64,000 nucleotides of DNA from an uncultured virus (IMG/VR IMGVR_UViG_2061766007_000682) (Duplodnaviria; Heunggongvirae; Uroviricota; Caudoviricetes), in the IMG/VR virus record IMGVR_UViG_2061766007_000682; one strand, 5' to 3'. The translations under genes and the position numbers were made by a program. This document shows, one piece after another, positions 19,501 to 29,852 of the stretch (its first letter is position 1; every line of letters starts with the position of its first letter). The notes under the pieces are model-generated. The model made no database searches. It saw only the letters and a list, made by a program, of their open reading frames with translations, and had not been told where the DNA came from.

Positions 19501-21576
19501 ACTAATTACAGTATAGCATTCGCTGATAACCTGGATGAAATTTATGGACAACTCGAAAAAAGTTTGCATGAGTATTATCTTAAAGCGGGATACCTTGAAC
19601 AGGATTGGAATAAATTTGTAAGTAGTGCTAAATTCGAAGGTTTACAGGCATTGTTAGCTGACGCCATGGTATTTGGTGATCAGGATTCTATTGATTATTT
19701 GAATAGTATTGGTGGATACCAAAATGCTATAAATGCTGCTTTTTCTTCTATTGAAAAAGAAACCGGTGTCTATACCAAGAATGATCGACGACGTTATGAA
19801 GGTCTTTTCAATCCTGAAAATCAAAATAAACTTAAAATGCTATCTTCTTATGGATTCGATACAAGTGAGATTGAAAACATATTAAGTGGAATAGATATTG
19901 CTCTTTCTGCTGGTGGAGATTGGCAGAGTGGTATTACTGAATTAGAAGATTACTTAAGTTCATTATTAGAAACAATAGATGATCCTGAAACCAGATTGAA
20001 GTTTTTAATTGCCGCCCAAAACATGGGTCTTCAGTTACATATTGGATCGGAATTTGCTTACCCGGCTTGGCTTTCTGGGGCAGAAAATGCTAAGAGTAAA
20101 TACGGAAAAATATTTGGTAAAGATTCTGATAGAAAAGACATGTTTGATAATGGCCAAAGCTTTTTGAATGCGTATATAGAAGGAGCTAAAAAGGCACTTA
20201 ATTTAAAAGATTTAAATAGTTATGAAAATAGTATTCCTTATTTAATTGGACGAGCTACTGTTAAAGCACAACGTATTGGTATGCTGGAAGAAGAAGCTGC
20301 CCAAGGTGGTATAAAAGGCGCAGTAGCAGCATCGATGCTTGGAATAGCTCAAGCCGAATTAGATGGTATAATGAATGAAATAAAAGAAGCGTCTGCAGAA
20401 CAGGCATCTGAAGTTGCTGATACAACGACTGAGGCTATTGAAAAAGAACCAATAAATGCTAGTCCAACAGCAAATGTTGATCCGCAGATTAATGTAAATT
20501 ATACAGAAGAAGATGCAAATGGTGTCGCTAGTGAAATTGGTGGCACAACAGAGACAAGTCTTAGTAATGATTTTAGATCCAGAGCATGGGGCGATGTTGC
20601 TACAAATATTCTGGATGGTATCTTTAATAAGCTTAAAGATGATGAAGAATTACTTAAACGTGCCGAAGAAGCTGCAGAAAAAATGAGAGATAAGGTTGAT
20701 GAAGGCATAAGACATAAATTCCATATGCGTTCTCCTACGAGAGACCCTAAACTGTTAAAAGATGCTGATAATATAGGTTTAGGTATCTTTAATAGGATAC
20801 AAAGTATAACTCCAGGTCTTGCTGATGATACAGCTGGTGTAATGGAAGGAAGTCTCGAATCTAGTTTCGGAGACATTGCTGATAACATAGATTTTGAAGG
20901 ATTTGCTGGAGATATCATGGATAAGTTACGCAATCGTTTGCCTACTATGGAAGAACTTACATCTGGCTTTAGCTTAGACAAAGGACTTAGCGGTAATCTT
21001 GAAAATCTGAAAAATATTTTTGGTAAAATTAAAGACGCATTTAGTAATGTCGATTCGGATATTAGCTTACCAAACATCTTTGGTAGTCTTAAAGATCGTG
21101 TTCTTTCTGCTCTTGGTATCGATAGTAATAACGATCTTGGGCAAGCTATTACTGACGGATTAAGTAATGCACTCGGAATAGACCTTAATTCCATAATGGA
21201 TGGTTCTGCTCTGAGTTCTGATTTAAGTTTAGAAAGTCTTGGAGTAAATATAGATATGTCTGGTACAACCTTTGACCCAGATGCCAATGGTTTCGGCGGT
21301 TGGGATGCTAATGATTGGATGTCGAATAACACGATTGACATCGATACAAACATCGATTTGGATCAGCAAGTGTTGGACGATTTCTTAAATCAAAATACAA
21401 CCTTAGGGTTGGCAAATTCTGTTCCTGTCGCTGGAGGTTACAGACAGTCTACTATTGGATCAACGTATGTTAATAATTATAGTTACAATCAAACTAATAA
21501 CTCTCCTACAGCTCTTAATACAAGAGAGATTAATCGTCAGAATGAGCTTCTGCTTAATAGGCGTCGTAGGGGATGA
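13519..21576 (+). CDS. Tape measure protein
   Basis: 2685 aa, tape-measure N-terminal domain, long run of hydrophobic helical repeats, position before Dit. Confidence 0.95.
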   Translation: MSTSIDERVVYMKFDNKNFENNAQDSLRTLDKLKSSLDFKDVQSKLNNVDLSGLKRSMGSMFDNVDTSKMVSAIDKLEYRMSTLGQFTGRIVQNVADDIYSVIKKALGGIEKVVTYAESGIIQGGYTRASNIQSAKFSLDGLGIAWDEISGDIDYAVKNTAYSLDQAATIAAQLASAGVRPGEQYVTLGGESRDIDTMAMILRSISGSASMSGGTADYSQIGAIYTKMLSYGKVYMTELNSLANLTRVGVKATIAKYMSEIGYEGRNDWTEADVIEMSRSGDINPMLVIEAMYEEFGEQAVKANSTLEGVLANTRAALARIGANFFEPIIENNGPLVHAFEVLRQSINDLNTAIGPVVSAFGKDVAGVIGKFADNFLDKTLIVDEEGNAVLDSSGKEQYTYSLKKKGGLFSDFVEDLYVGEWKEKGIPGQSDHTYVDFDGEVTTRAAIIAENLRLSAINTMETLRLIATAIGDAFHAVFPNADSFAETLVKISVKIREITDAWKNSPFLKDGAYEKSGLFRILRGLAAGIDIVIQFGSSFKKHIIDPIFNKGKEAAEKSGLGGFFLKFFDSIYEFDQKIKNFDGDYFGPFFEKTKVIFGKIRDVVQKGFKFISDKFEIIKPKLVAFFDFIKPKVKSAFDSIVNWWKPVKDILVNSDLSIQEKWDAIKKYFKDNFEIPGMDKLRSLRDFFSEHFDMPGWDNVKDFFSTIGDTIGKGWAKVKEIFGFGKKEDEISLTTAGAGLSGNNGLFGNAGKVETNLTISQALNMLDKDTEKMPTIMERIKGFFDGIKEVFTDFDVDGTKAVLLGFVIVFGVAFVTITSFIYKIFKTLTTVVFNLPRLTEKLLTSFNELINGISDTMRASRVEIYSDALKNIAESIAILALVFLAISAFILLADKIDPSGNYVDKLITVGAVIGIVTTVLGVIIAALAAYADTMNKIVTITKAGLNIVTETAAFAGIAAVITALVTGIVIISGVIFALSFMDEKKFKDGLKRLAIVAGILFGMTAILMVLARIVGVFKSIKGFQMNNGSKVAKSMAVNLLGIASIINAISIGLVVLTGLIAVYGYLFTDSKKFWTGVGYLAVVGGLLVALVAGVLYVIRSVERMDIKREISVPKLVGIFAGMIAILGAIATGIVFLSGILIILSKVASSDTGAFWSGIAALVVIGGLMVAIPTLLMKFNATAMYSEINAGNLFKLAGSIAVLSVAALIMAKALSLVANLDTEGVLASAAAIGGLMLACMLLTGIIIGISNSDKDAAKTGLETVLAMSLMLAALYPVALAIERIANMEFGDYIAGVFGIIGVLGAVALVALALNRFTKDADIDGKKLINVASTMTIMAIALIPIGAALGLLFMSLDGRTINNDNLITSLTGLGVIFFVMAMVTKGLIDSMPKDLNYKGLLSSIGGVMGLSLALIPIIGAVALLMLVINRSPNIDPWMVLSILTGISLTVVALGAAAMFIAATATRQLTDTNSKAMNKLGKVIFTMLAGLMGVATVLSLFVLTMHAFNINPGEIGSATLSLAALTTLIVGLGMAVSEVANNQKVNLLSDEKYANMFKSIGIVIASVLIAAASISLINMTSAGGWSTLQNVVPLILTLGAVIGAVAGILAIANTKLINVNSLSKLPAMLISVAVVTGAMLILAGAIVLLNRFAPDNIWKSFGVLAALAGLLLGMTALFAVISMIPFNPLQLSALITNMIPPVILVGALAGVVILLNRFTSGSIWSTFGVVAALAGTLTAMIALLATISLMPFDPVKMKSLIIGLVGCVVAIGGLAIAMRLLSDMSWESIAGKLAVFVIAVLALAAGIALLGKIPGADFAWASMGTMLVGLGVTLAGAGALLYLSAKAFSDFTDALLNISGRDEELKSGMSAWTSAIVAGFVTGLHEFNVQWPNIQHEIDTFLETIFPWLENKLSQLLDHLKTQIGTIIGALADLVDDPEIQEDLASIITNLLDWLDDHVEDWSEKLVSIGAKICKGIAKGIVHALPIELANSTITDTNYSIAFADNLDEIYGQLEKSLHEYYLKAGYLEQDWNKFVSSAKFEGLQALLADAMVFGDQDSIDYLNSIGGYQNAINAAFSSIEKETGVYTKNDRRRYEGLFNPENQNKLKMLSSYGFDTSEIENILSGIDIALSAGGDWQSGITELEDYLSSLLETIDDPETRLKFLIAAQNMGLQLHIGSEFAYPAWLSGAENAKSKYGKIFGKDSDRKDMFDNGQSFLNAYIEGAKKALNLKDLNSYENSIPYLIGRATVKAQRIGMLEEEAAQGGIKGAVAASMLGIAQAELDGIMNEIKEASAEQASEVADTTTEAIEKEPINASPTANVDPQINVNYTEEDANGVASEIGGTTETSLSNDFRSRAWGDVATNILDGIFNKLKDDEELLKRAEEAAEKMRDKVDEGIRHKFHMRSPTRDPKLLKDADNIGLGIFNRIQSITPGLADDTAGVMEGSLESSFGDIADNIDFEGFAGDIMDKLRNRLPTMEELTSGFSLDKGLSGNLENLKNIFGKIKDAFSNVDSDISLPNIFGSLKDRVLSALGIDSNNDLGQAITDGLSNALGIDLNSIMDGSALSSDLSLESLGVNIDMSGTTFDPDANGFGGWDANDWMSNNTIDIDTNIDLDQQVLDDFLNQNTTLGLANSVPVAGGYRQSTIGSTYVNNYSYNQTNNSPTALNTREINRQNELLLNRRRRG

Positions 21577-21604
21577 TATTAATCATTTAAGGAGGTTTGG
21601 TTAC

Positions 21605-22525
21605 ATGATTAGCTCTGTTAGAGTAATCACCCGAACCGGATATACGAGAACGATCGAATTGGGGAGGCCGGAGAGATCTGGTCTCCTCATTCGAAATATA
21701 TCTGGTATAGGACCGGGAGCGGTNNNNNNNNNNNNNNNNNNNNNNNNNNNNNNNNNNNNNNNNNNNNNNNNNNNNNNNNNNNNNNNNNNNNNNNNNNNNN
21801 NNNNNNNNNNNNNNNNNGCGCTTTGGAAAAATACTGTAGAGGAAGCCAGGCATGAAATCGAAAAAATATTTAGAATCGGAGATAGTGTAAAAATTATATT
21901 TTTCACTTCAGAACGAACATGCTATATCAATGGTATAGTAGAATCAAATGAACCTGAAATATTCAGCGGAGGAGACGTAGAAGGTATTCCTGTTCAGGTT
22001 TCAGTAGTGTGTGTAGACCCTACTTTTTATGACGTGAATCCAGTTACATTAATCTGGCCGTCACAAGGTCAAGCAGGAACGCACTTTCCGCTAGCAAATA
22101 ATGCTTCAAATAATGGGTATATGGGATACCTTATGGGTGAATACGAATTTACTGTTGACAATACAGGAACCGAAGATGTAGGCTTACATTTCAAGTTTAA
22201 TATTATAAAAGATATCAATCAGTTTAGAATAACTAATTACAGAGATAGCAGTTATATGCTTTTGAAGGCCGGTGGAGCTAAAATTATGGAAAATGGAGAC
22301 TCCTTGTTAATTGATACACGTGGTGGGCATAAAAGTATAACGTGTCAAAAGAGTGACGGTAAAGTATTAAATCTGCTAAATTGCTATACGCCGTATGAAT
22401 CTACATGGTCTTTCTTAAGGCCTGGACAAAATGCATTTGTTATAAAGGTTAACGGGAAAACTACAACAGAACATTCTTTTTCGAAAATTGAATTAGAATA
22501 TCAGCCTGTTTATTGGGGGATCTAA
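21605..22525 (+). CDS. Distal tail protein (Dit)
   Basis: Follows tape measure; C.DP.FY and W..L.PG.N motifs; internal N gap. Confidence 0.8.
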   Translation: MISSVRVITRTGYTRTIELGRPERSGLLIRNISGIGPGAXXXXXXXXXXXXXXXXXXXXXXXXXXXXXXXXALWKNTVEEARHEIEKIFRIGDSVKIIFFTSERTCYINGIVESNEPEIFSGGDVEGIPVQVSVVCVDPTFYDVNPVTLIWPSQGQAGTHFPLANNASNNGYMGYLMGEYEFTVDNTGTEDVGLHFKFNIIKDINQFRITNYRDSSYMLLKAGGAKIMENGDSLLIDTRGGHKSITCQKSDGKVLNLLNCYTPYESTWSFLRPGQNAFVIKVNGKTTTEHSFSKIELEYQPVYWGI

Positions 22526-22527
22526 CT

Positions 22528-25364
22528 ATGAACTCGCATGTTATAGATTTATACATATTAGACGAAAAATTTCGAATAATAGCGGTTGTAGACTATTATT
22601 TATCCCTAAGCTGGCACACAAATATGCTAGGCGAAGGCGAAGTTGAGATTGAAATACCATTGACCACCGGCTATGATCTCGAATATATAGCAAATGACCA
22701 GGTTGATCCTAAGAACAAAGATGATGGGAAGCGGTCTATCTTTACTAGAAATCATTATATTATTAGAACCGACGATGAAATGGTTACCATCATAACATAT
22801 ACTGAAACCAGAGAAACCGATACTGGTGACGTGTATTATATTAAAGCCGAAGATATTACTAAAAGGATTCTTAACAAAAGAATTATTTGGAAAAAAGGAG
22901 TATACTCTGGTACAGTCACGAATTGCATAAAAACATTGATAAAAGAAAATTTTCAAGAGTCTTCAAAGAAAGAAAGAAATTTAATCACAGCGGATGGACA
23001 ATATATGCTACAAACAGATTGGACTGGTGATGCTGGTGATGAAAAGTTAACGTTTTCATACGATCATGATGCTGTCGGGGATTTGATAGAAACAATATTA
23101 AATAACTGGCGTTATGGTATGCGAATGACTCTTGAACGACGATACAGCAATAAAGTTGAGGATGGTATTATTCCGCTTTTAAAATTAAAGATATATCGCC
23201 CATCAAATCGTTCGTCATATGTTATATTTAATAAGAAATTTGATAATATCATAAACACAAATTTTACATCTGAATACATAACCGGATCGAATGTTATATT
23301 TGTAAATGGAGCTGTAGATAAAGACACTGGGTACAATAGACAAATCGAAGTCGGTACTTTAGCTTCTGGATTAGACCGTAATGAATCATATTTGGATAAA
23401 ACGTCATTGTCAAGAAATATCCCATGGCATGATTTTCTTAAACAGTATCCACCAATACAAAATGTTCATGACATTGTAAAAGATGAAAATATTGGTGGAA
23501 CAACTAGAAAAGAAACCTTTAAAAGTGATTCGTTGAAAACTGATTCCGGTGAGATAGCTATGATTGAAGATGCTTGGGACAAAGATAGTTTATCCACTGG
23601 AGAAATAGTATTTCCTTACCGTAAGGAACCATATACCAGTGTAACGATCACTCATGACAGCAATTATGTCAATGAAAAAGATCCAGATACTAGTGCGTGG
23701 ATTGTAAAACGAATTATTCGCAAAGGTGACAGAGGCGATGATGTAGCTGAGATGCAGAGAAGACTTATAGAAAAAGGTTATTCTTGTGGTAATCCAGGAG
23801 CGGATGGTGTTTATGGAGATCTTACATTAGCTGCTGTAGTAAAATATCAGCAGTCATTATGGCCTGACGACCCAACACAATGGGATGGTGTTTGCGGACG
23901 AGGAACATTAGGATCACTTGGAGCTATAGTTAAGATAGACGATGGCGTTAAAACCACAGAAAAGCATACAATAGATCTTGAATATAGAGATGATCCGGAT
24001 TTGGAAGCAGACGCTTGGGTTGTTCGTCGTATATTAAGTCGCGGCGACCGAGGTGATGATGTAGCCGAGATGCAAAGACGATTAATTGAAAAAGGTCATT
24101 CATGCGGTCCTAAAGCCGACGATGGTATATTTGGTCCTCGTACAGAAGAAGCAGCCATTGCATTTCAGAAAACGGTATGGCCAGATGATTCGTCGCAATG
24201 GGATGGCATTTGTGGTCAAGGAACTCTTACTGCTCTTGGCGCAGTTTGCCGAGGTACTGTTTATGACAATAGCTGGGAAGTATACAAGGTACTTAGACAA
24301 GGAGACCGTGGCGAAGATGTTCGAGAGATGCAGAGAAGACTCATTGAACGAGGTTTCTCATGCGGTAGTACAGGAGCCGATGGTATCTTTGGACCTCGTA
24401 CTGCAGAGGCTGCTATTGAATTTCAGAAAACAGTATGGCCTGATGACCCATCTCAATGGGATGCTGTATGCGGTCATGGTACATTAGCTGCTCTTGGCGC
24501 TATTGTTAAGATTGATGACGGTACTGCAAGTGGTCATGAGTTTTATGGCGGTTATCTCGATTTTGTTAATGGCAAATTATACAGTCAGTATAACTCGGAT
24601 GGAACTGAAAAAGATCATGTAGAGATAATAGAAGTTAAAAAGATAACACTTAAATTAAGTGAATCGACGAATGCCATTTATACTAATATAGAGGATACTA
24701 CAGTTAGAGTTGGTTATTATTACAAAGTTAGAAAATGGTATTACAATATGAAAGTATTCAAAATACCGCTTATATCTAANNNNNNNNNNNNNNNNTATAT
24801 AAAGATAAAAAGTGGTATTTGAAAGATGAAGAAGTGAATAATCAAAAGATCACATATTTTTGTGTAGAAAATTGCGATATAGCCATATTTGATGTAGATA
24901 TTATATATGATCCACCAGAGAAAGAAACGCCAACAAAAGTAGATTCTAATGAAATCATAGATACTGATGTAGCTAATGAGGAAGTTAGGTACAAGACAAA
25001 TCCTACTGCATATGTGCTGAATACTTTGTATGAAGTAATGCTGACTCAGGAAGGTTACAAAGTATATTTGGAAGGAACATTAGACACTTCATTCTCTGCC
25101 GAAATTGATCCTAATGCAACCGTTAAGTACAAGGAAGATTATATTTTAGGGGACTATGTCGGAATCTACAATAACTATGGTATTAAGTCTGATGTACAGG
25201 TAACCGATGTGACAGAGACAATAGATCCGTCAGGTTATCATGTTGATATATCATTAAGTACGGCGTCTTCTATGCAAAATCAGGAAGTTACAATATTCTG
25301 TGCTACCGATGCTGTCGACACCGTTTACATATTATCGGATGATGGCAATTATATTATACTGTAA
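22528..25364 (+). CDS. Baseplate hub/Tal-like protein with three inserted peptidoglycan-binding domains
   Basis: Gp37-like N-terminus (Y.SL.W...GE.EI), C-terminal Y..DY.LGD.V; ORFs 22513 and 24819 are joined across the N gap at 24780. Confidence 0.75.
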
Positions 25365-25380
25365 AAGGAGGCTATTTAGC

Positions 25381-25704
25381 ATGGCGGGTGAAAACTGTGT
25401 TAGAACAAAAGATTTACCGGTTATTAACTCCGGTAGTGCTATTAATCCAGATGATCGAGTAATGCTTGTTTATCGGATTAAGAAAACCGAAGATGAAGCT
25501 TCCTATAGTATTCGTCATGAAGCCTTTACTAAGGGTATAGCAAAAACATTAGTGGATGATGGGTCTGTTAATAACCGTCTTTACGGATTAGCAGATCCTA
25601 ATCCAACCCTTGGTGCTGATGGTGACTTGTATTTCCAATATGACACTAACAAAACGGTTATTGCCATGTTTGTTAAATACAGTGGAGAATGGCAGAATCT
25701 GTAA
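25381..25704 (+). CDS. Minor tail protein
   Basis: P...LG.DGDLYFQ motif shared with neighbouring fibre genes. Confidence 0.6.
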   Translation: MAGENCVRTKDLPVINSGSAINPDDRVMLVYRIKKTEDEASYSIRHEAFTKGIAKTLVDDGSVNNRLYGLADPNPTLGADGDLYFQYDTNKTVIAMFVKYSGEWQNL

Positions 25705-25715
25705 AGGAGGAACGT

Positions 25716-26903
25716 ATGGCAGAAAATAACACTATAAAAACTAAAGAACTACCTATTGTTAGTCTAGATGTAGAAATAAGCACAGATGATCGGGTAGTAG
25801 CTACTCATGTAGTAGATGCAAATACAAGGCAAACAGTTGGTATTACAGTTGGCGCTCTAAGAGATAAATTCCTGGCTGATGCAACTGGCACTTCACTGTT
25901 TCCCAGAAACATTTTTGACACCGTTGATCCGACTAGTGACGTTGGTAATGACGGTGACCTTTACTTTAAGACTAATGGCGGATCTGTTGAGTCTGCATAT
26001 TTCAAAATGAATGGCGAATGGTATCCGTTTAAGATAAGCGATGATAACTGGAACAAGTTCCTTAACGGTGAAGCATTTGATGTAATCAGTATGGCTAAGT
26101 CAGTTAAGGCTCATGCATTTGAGAATAACAGTCTGTTAAGACGAGTAATCATGCCCGAATGCGAGAATGTATACGAGTATGCGTTTAAAGGTTCCAGTAT
26201 TAGGGAACTCAGTATGCCTAAACTCGAGAGAGCATGGGAGTATTCGTTTGCTGATACGGATGATTGGGTAGCAAATACTACGCTCGATTTACCGTCATTG
26301 AAAACAATTGACAATAATGCTTTTCGTGGGATTTATTTAGGAAGTGGTAATCATGTATATATGAATATCGAGAACGTTGAAACCATAGGTACTACTGCAT
26401 TCTACGAATCAGGTTCAATTATATTTTTACCATATGAAGGTCCGCTTAATGATCTAATATTACCTAAATGTACATCTATAGGNNNNNNNNNNNNNNNNNN
26501 NNNNNNNNNNNNNNNNNNNNNNNNNNNNNNNNNNNNNNNNNNNNNNNNNNNNNNNNNNNNNNNNNNNNNNNNNNNNNNNNNNNNNNNNNNNNNNNNNNNN
26601 NNNNNNNNNNNNNNNNCACAAGTATTGGATCAGGTATATTTAGTACAACATCAGATCTTGGACCTAGAGGAACAGATCCAACGTATGGGCATAATATATA
26701 CGGCGACTGGATAGATATGTATATCGAAGCCGTAAATCCTCCATCATTGGCAGGATTCTTTAATTCAGCAATGGTTCANNNNNNNNNNNNNNNNNNNNNN
26801 NNNNNNNNNNNNNNNNNNNNNNNNNNNNNNNNNNNNNNNATACAAGACACATTCTGCTTGGTCACGTTACGCTGATTATATTCAGGCAATACCAACAACA
26901 TAA
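25716..26903 (+). CDS. Tail protein with BspA-type leucine-rich repeats
   Basis: Repeats of ..P....I...AF; C-terminus YKTHSAWSRYADYI; joined across two N gaps. Confidence 0.7.
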
Positions 26904-26917
26904 AGGAGGAATAATAT

Positions 26918-27706
26918 ATGGCTGATACACCAATAAATTCAGATTATATTCAATGTGGTTTCTTTGACGCCGTTGAGACTTCTCCTGGCGTATATGACAG
27001 AATTTACGATGCAGATTCATGGAGTAATCCTTATCGCCGAATTATATCCGACGGTGTATTTGCTTCTCAGGCTGGTTCCGTTAATAGCGATTTTAAAGTA
27101 GAAGCTGTTGATGGTCAATCTAGAAATATTAGAATTACAAAAGGTGATGGTATCTTTTGGTCTAAGTGGCTTAGTTTAACGGCAGACCAGATTATTGANN
27201 NNNNNNNNNNNNNNNNNNNNNNNNNNNNNNNNNNNNNNNNNNNNNNNNNNNNNNNNNNNNNNNNNNNNNNNNNNNNNNNNNNNNNNNNNNNNNNNNNNNN
27301 NNNNNNNNNNNNNNNNNNNNNNNNNNNNNNNNNNNNGTCAACAGAAGACTTGTTTAGACAATGGACCAAATTGTATCAGGATTACTTCGAACAGACAAAA
27401 TCCTCAATAAATGCATTTATGCGCGATTTGACTGAAGATCTTACCGTTGATATGACATTGCAGGAATTAAATAGTGTTATTGAGGTGGCATCCGATACTA
27501 GTACAATTACTATTTCTAACTATGATTCTATAAGCGATGTTATATTTATAGATGTTAACGGGCTTATGTTGAACAGCGATGATTATTCTATTGATGTTAC
27601 GGGAACAACAGTTACATTTACAAACTTGTTACGTACGGGATCTAAAGTTCATGTTAAGATTCTTAAATCAGTAAAGGCTCCTACAGCAGAAGGGAGTGAA
27701 TTCTAA
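26918..27706 (+). CDS. Baseplate/receptor-binding-associated protein
   Basis: GFFD...DR.YDA N-terminus seen in siphophage baseplate proteins; internal gap. Confidence 0.6.
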   Translation: MADTPINSDYIQCGFFDAVETSPGVYDRIYDADSWSNPYRRIISDGVFASQAGSVNSDFKVEAVDGQSRNIRITKGDGIFWSKWLSLTADQIIXXXXXXXXXXXXXXXXXXXXXXXXXXXXXXXXXXXXXXXXXXXXXXXSTEDLFRQWTKLYQDYFEQTKSSINAFMRDLTEDLTVDMTLQELNSVIEVASDTSTITISNYDSISDVIFIDVNGLMLNSDDYSIDVTGTTVTFTNLLRTGSKVHVKILKSVKAPTAEGSEF

Positions 27707-28584
27707 TGTCTGTGAATTACATAATTAATGGTGATACTTTAAAAGATATTGCCGATGCCATTAGAGAGAAAAAAGAAACTTCTGCGCCAATAGATGTGAG
27801 TGATTTTGCTAATGAAATATTAACTATTTCAGGAGGAAGTTCCGTACTAATATCAAAAACGATTACTGAGAATGGCACTTATAATGCATCCGATGATCAC
27901 GCAAATGGATATTCTGATGTGATCGTTAATGTTCCAAGTAGTGGAGCTCAGTATCCTCAAGCAACAAAAACGTTAATCGTAGATAACACATCGTTAACCA
28001 ATACTTTAACTTTCACCGAATCATACACAAATTACGATTTTCTTGAAATGGTAACGTACAATTCTTCCAGTCAAAAGGAAACATCATTTTTGGTTACACC
28101 GTCTATGGTAACAGCATCTTTTACGTATTCTAGCAATCTTATGAATTTTAATGAATTTGATTCAGACCAGTATGTTTGCTATAAAAAGACATCAGATACA
28201 GTATGGACTAGAAACAATTCTAGAAATTTGAATATTAAAACAATTCATGGATTGACGTTAAGTAATGCAACTAAAACGGAAACTGAACTGTATAGTCGTG
28301 AAGCTATTAGTGGATCAAATGTAGCTCTTACTCCTCCTGCAGGTAAAACATTTTATGATTACGATTATATTTTGTTTATGACATGCACTGGTAGTAGCGA
28401 TGAAACACAGCCCTGTAATTCCGTTTTTATGAATCCTGTAAAAGATTGTATGTTTGACACTTTTGTTTCTAAAACCATAAATATCAATAAGTATAATACT
28501 TACCAATCCTCTACTGTAGAAGCTGATAGTATAACTTCATATCGGTATTTCTACGTAGTAGGATTAAATTTCGAATACACTTAA
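27706..28584 (+). CDS. Tail fibre-like protein
   Basis: L.DIADAIREK coiled N-terminus, ITENGTY.A...GYS.V.VNVP module. Confidence 0.65.
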   Translation: MSVNYIINGDTLKDIADAIREKKETSAPIDVSDFANEILTISGGSSVLISKTITENGTYNASDDHANGYSDVIVNVPSSGAQYPQATKTLIVDNTSLTNTLTFTESYTNYDFLEMVTYNSSSQKETSFLVTPSMVTASFTYSSNLMNFNEFDSDQYVCYKKTSDTVWTRNNSRNLNIKTIHGLTLSNATKTETELYSREAISGSNVALTPPAGKTFYDYDYILFMTCTGSSDETQPCNSVFMNPVKDCMFDTFVSKTININKYNTYQSSTVEADSITSYRYFYVVGLNFEYT

Positions 28585-28599
28585 TGGAGGTGACCTGAA

Positions 28600-29838
28600 A
28601 TGCCTGTTTATGCTTACGATGAAGGATACAATAAGCATGAAGTAGCATCATCTGATGCCCTCGATACATTAGAAGCAGTAGTTGAAACGAAGCAAACTTT
28701 ATTAAATATGACTCAGGGTGCGGAACAAAGTGATTACAATACCTTATCTGATACTGGTATTTATTACATGCCTGTAACTGCAGCTAATAAACCATCTAAT
28801 ACCAATTATATTCTGTTTGTTGCTCCTATTGACGATTCGGCGTCCGCTGTAATGCAAATAGCGTACAGTATAGGTGGCACATTGATGTACACTAGAGTAT
28901 ATTCCTCTGGAACTTGGTCTCCTTGGATGCGATGGGCTACGTACGAATCCGTGCAGCAAATATCGGTTCAAAAGACTTGGAGTGGTACTACAGAACCGGT
29001 CGCTTCTACTGGTAAAAATGGCGACTTATATTGTCTAATTGGAAACACCGGCATCGATGCTACGTACGTAAAAATAAATAACAATTGGATGAAAGTAGAA
29101 TCACAGCAGACATATAGCGGAAGCTCAACACCGAATAACGATTTAGGCAGTAACGGAGACTTATATTTTCAAGTTACTGTCATAAATAGCGTTATTTCTG
29201 TTGTTGCTATTTACACTAAAATTGGAGAAGAATGGGTAAGATCCGATGATGTAACTTATTCGAATTTAACGACCACGAATAAAACGTTACCTGCAGCAAT
29301 TAATGAACTTAATTCGACTAAGCAGAATTCTACTGATAATTCGTTATCAACATCCAGTAAAACAATACCTGGTGCAATTAATGAATTATATTCTAATAAG
29401 CAGAATTCTACTGATAATTCGTTATCAACATCCAGTAAAACAATACCTGGTGCAATTAACGAATTATATTCTAATAAGCAGAATTCTACTGATAATTCCT
29501 TATCAACATCCAGTAAAACAATACCTGGTGCAATTAACGAGTTAAATACTGAAAAACAGGATAGTTTATATGGTAGCACATTGGCAAATACGGATTTCAA
29601 TACTGTAAGAAAAAATGGAAATTATTGGGTAGGTGCAGGCAATACAAATATTCCTGTTTCTGGTGCTTATGGCTATTTGGAAGTAATTAATACTTACAAT
29701 AGTACATCGTCTGCTGTAATGCAGAGGTTTACACGATATGGAAATGATAGTGCATCTACTAGAGGCGAAGTATATGTACGCTTCTATACTAATAGCCAGT
29801 GGTATAGTTGGAATAAAATTGCACAGTTGATTACATAA
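28600..29838 (+). CDS. Tail fibre protein with knob-like domains
   Basis: Two D.N.....G.Y ... W..W knob-like domains, G.NGDLY motifs, KTI.GAINEL repeats. Confidence 0.75.
   Translation: MPVYAYDEGYNKHEVASSDALDTLEAVVETKQTLLNMTQGAEQSDYNTLSDTGIYYMPVTAANKPSNTNYILFVAPIDDSASAVMQIAYSIGGTLMYTRVYSSGTWSPWMRWATYESVQQISVQKTWSGTTEPVASTGKNGDLYCLIGNTGIDATYVKINNNWMKVESQQTYSGSSTPNNDLGSNGDLYFQVTVINSVISVVAIYTKIGEEWVRSDDVTYSNLTTTNKTLPAAINELNSTKQNSTDNSLSTSSKTIPGAINELYSNKQNSTDNSLSTSSKTIPGAINELYSNKQNSTDNSLSTSSKTIPGAINELNTEKQDSLYGSTLANTDFNTVRKNGNYWVGAGNTNIPVSGAYGYLEVINTYNSTSSAVMQRFTRYGNDSASTRGEVYVRFYTNSQWYSWNKIAQLIT
29319..29541 (+). repeat. 78-bp in-frame tandem repeat (about 3 near-identical copies)
   Basis: TAAGCAGAATTCTACTG starts at 29319, 29397 and 29475; encodes KQNSTDNSLSTSSKTIPGAINEL. 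Confidence 0.95.
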
Positions 29839-29852
29839 GGAGGTGACCACAA

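Noticed and set aside
7415..21353. Long minus-strand ORFs (e.g. 8219-9379, 11117-12028, 16224-17264, 20499-21353)
   Set aside because: Antisense shadows of strongly biased + strand structural genes; no recognisable motifs.
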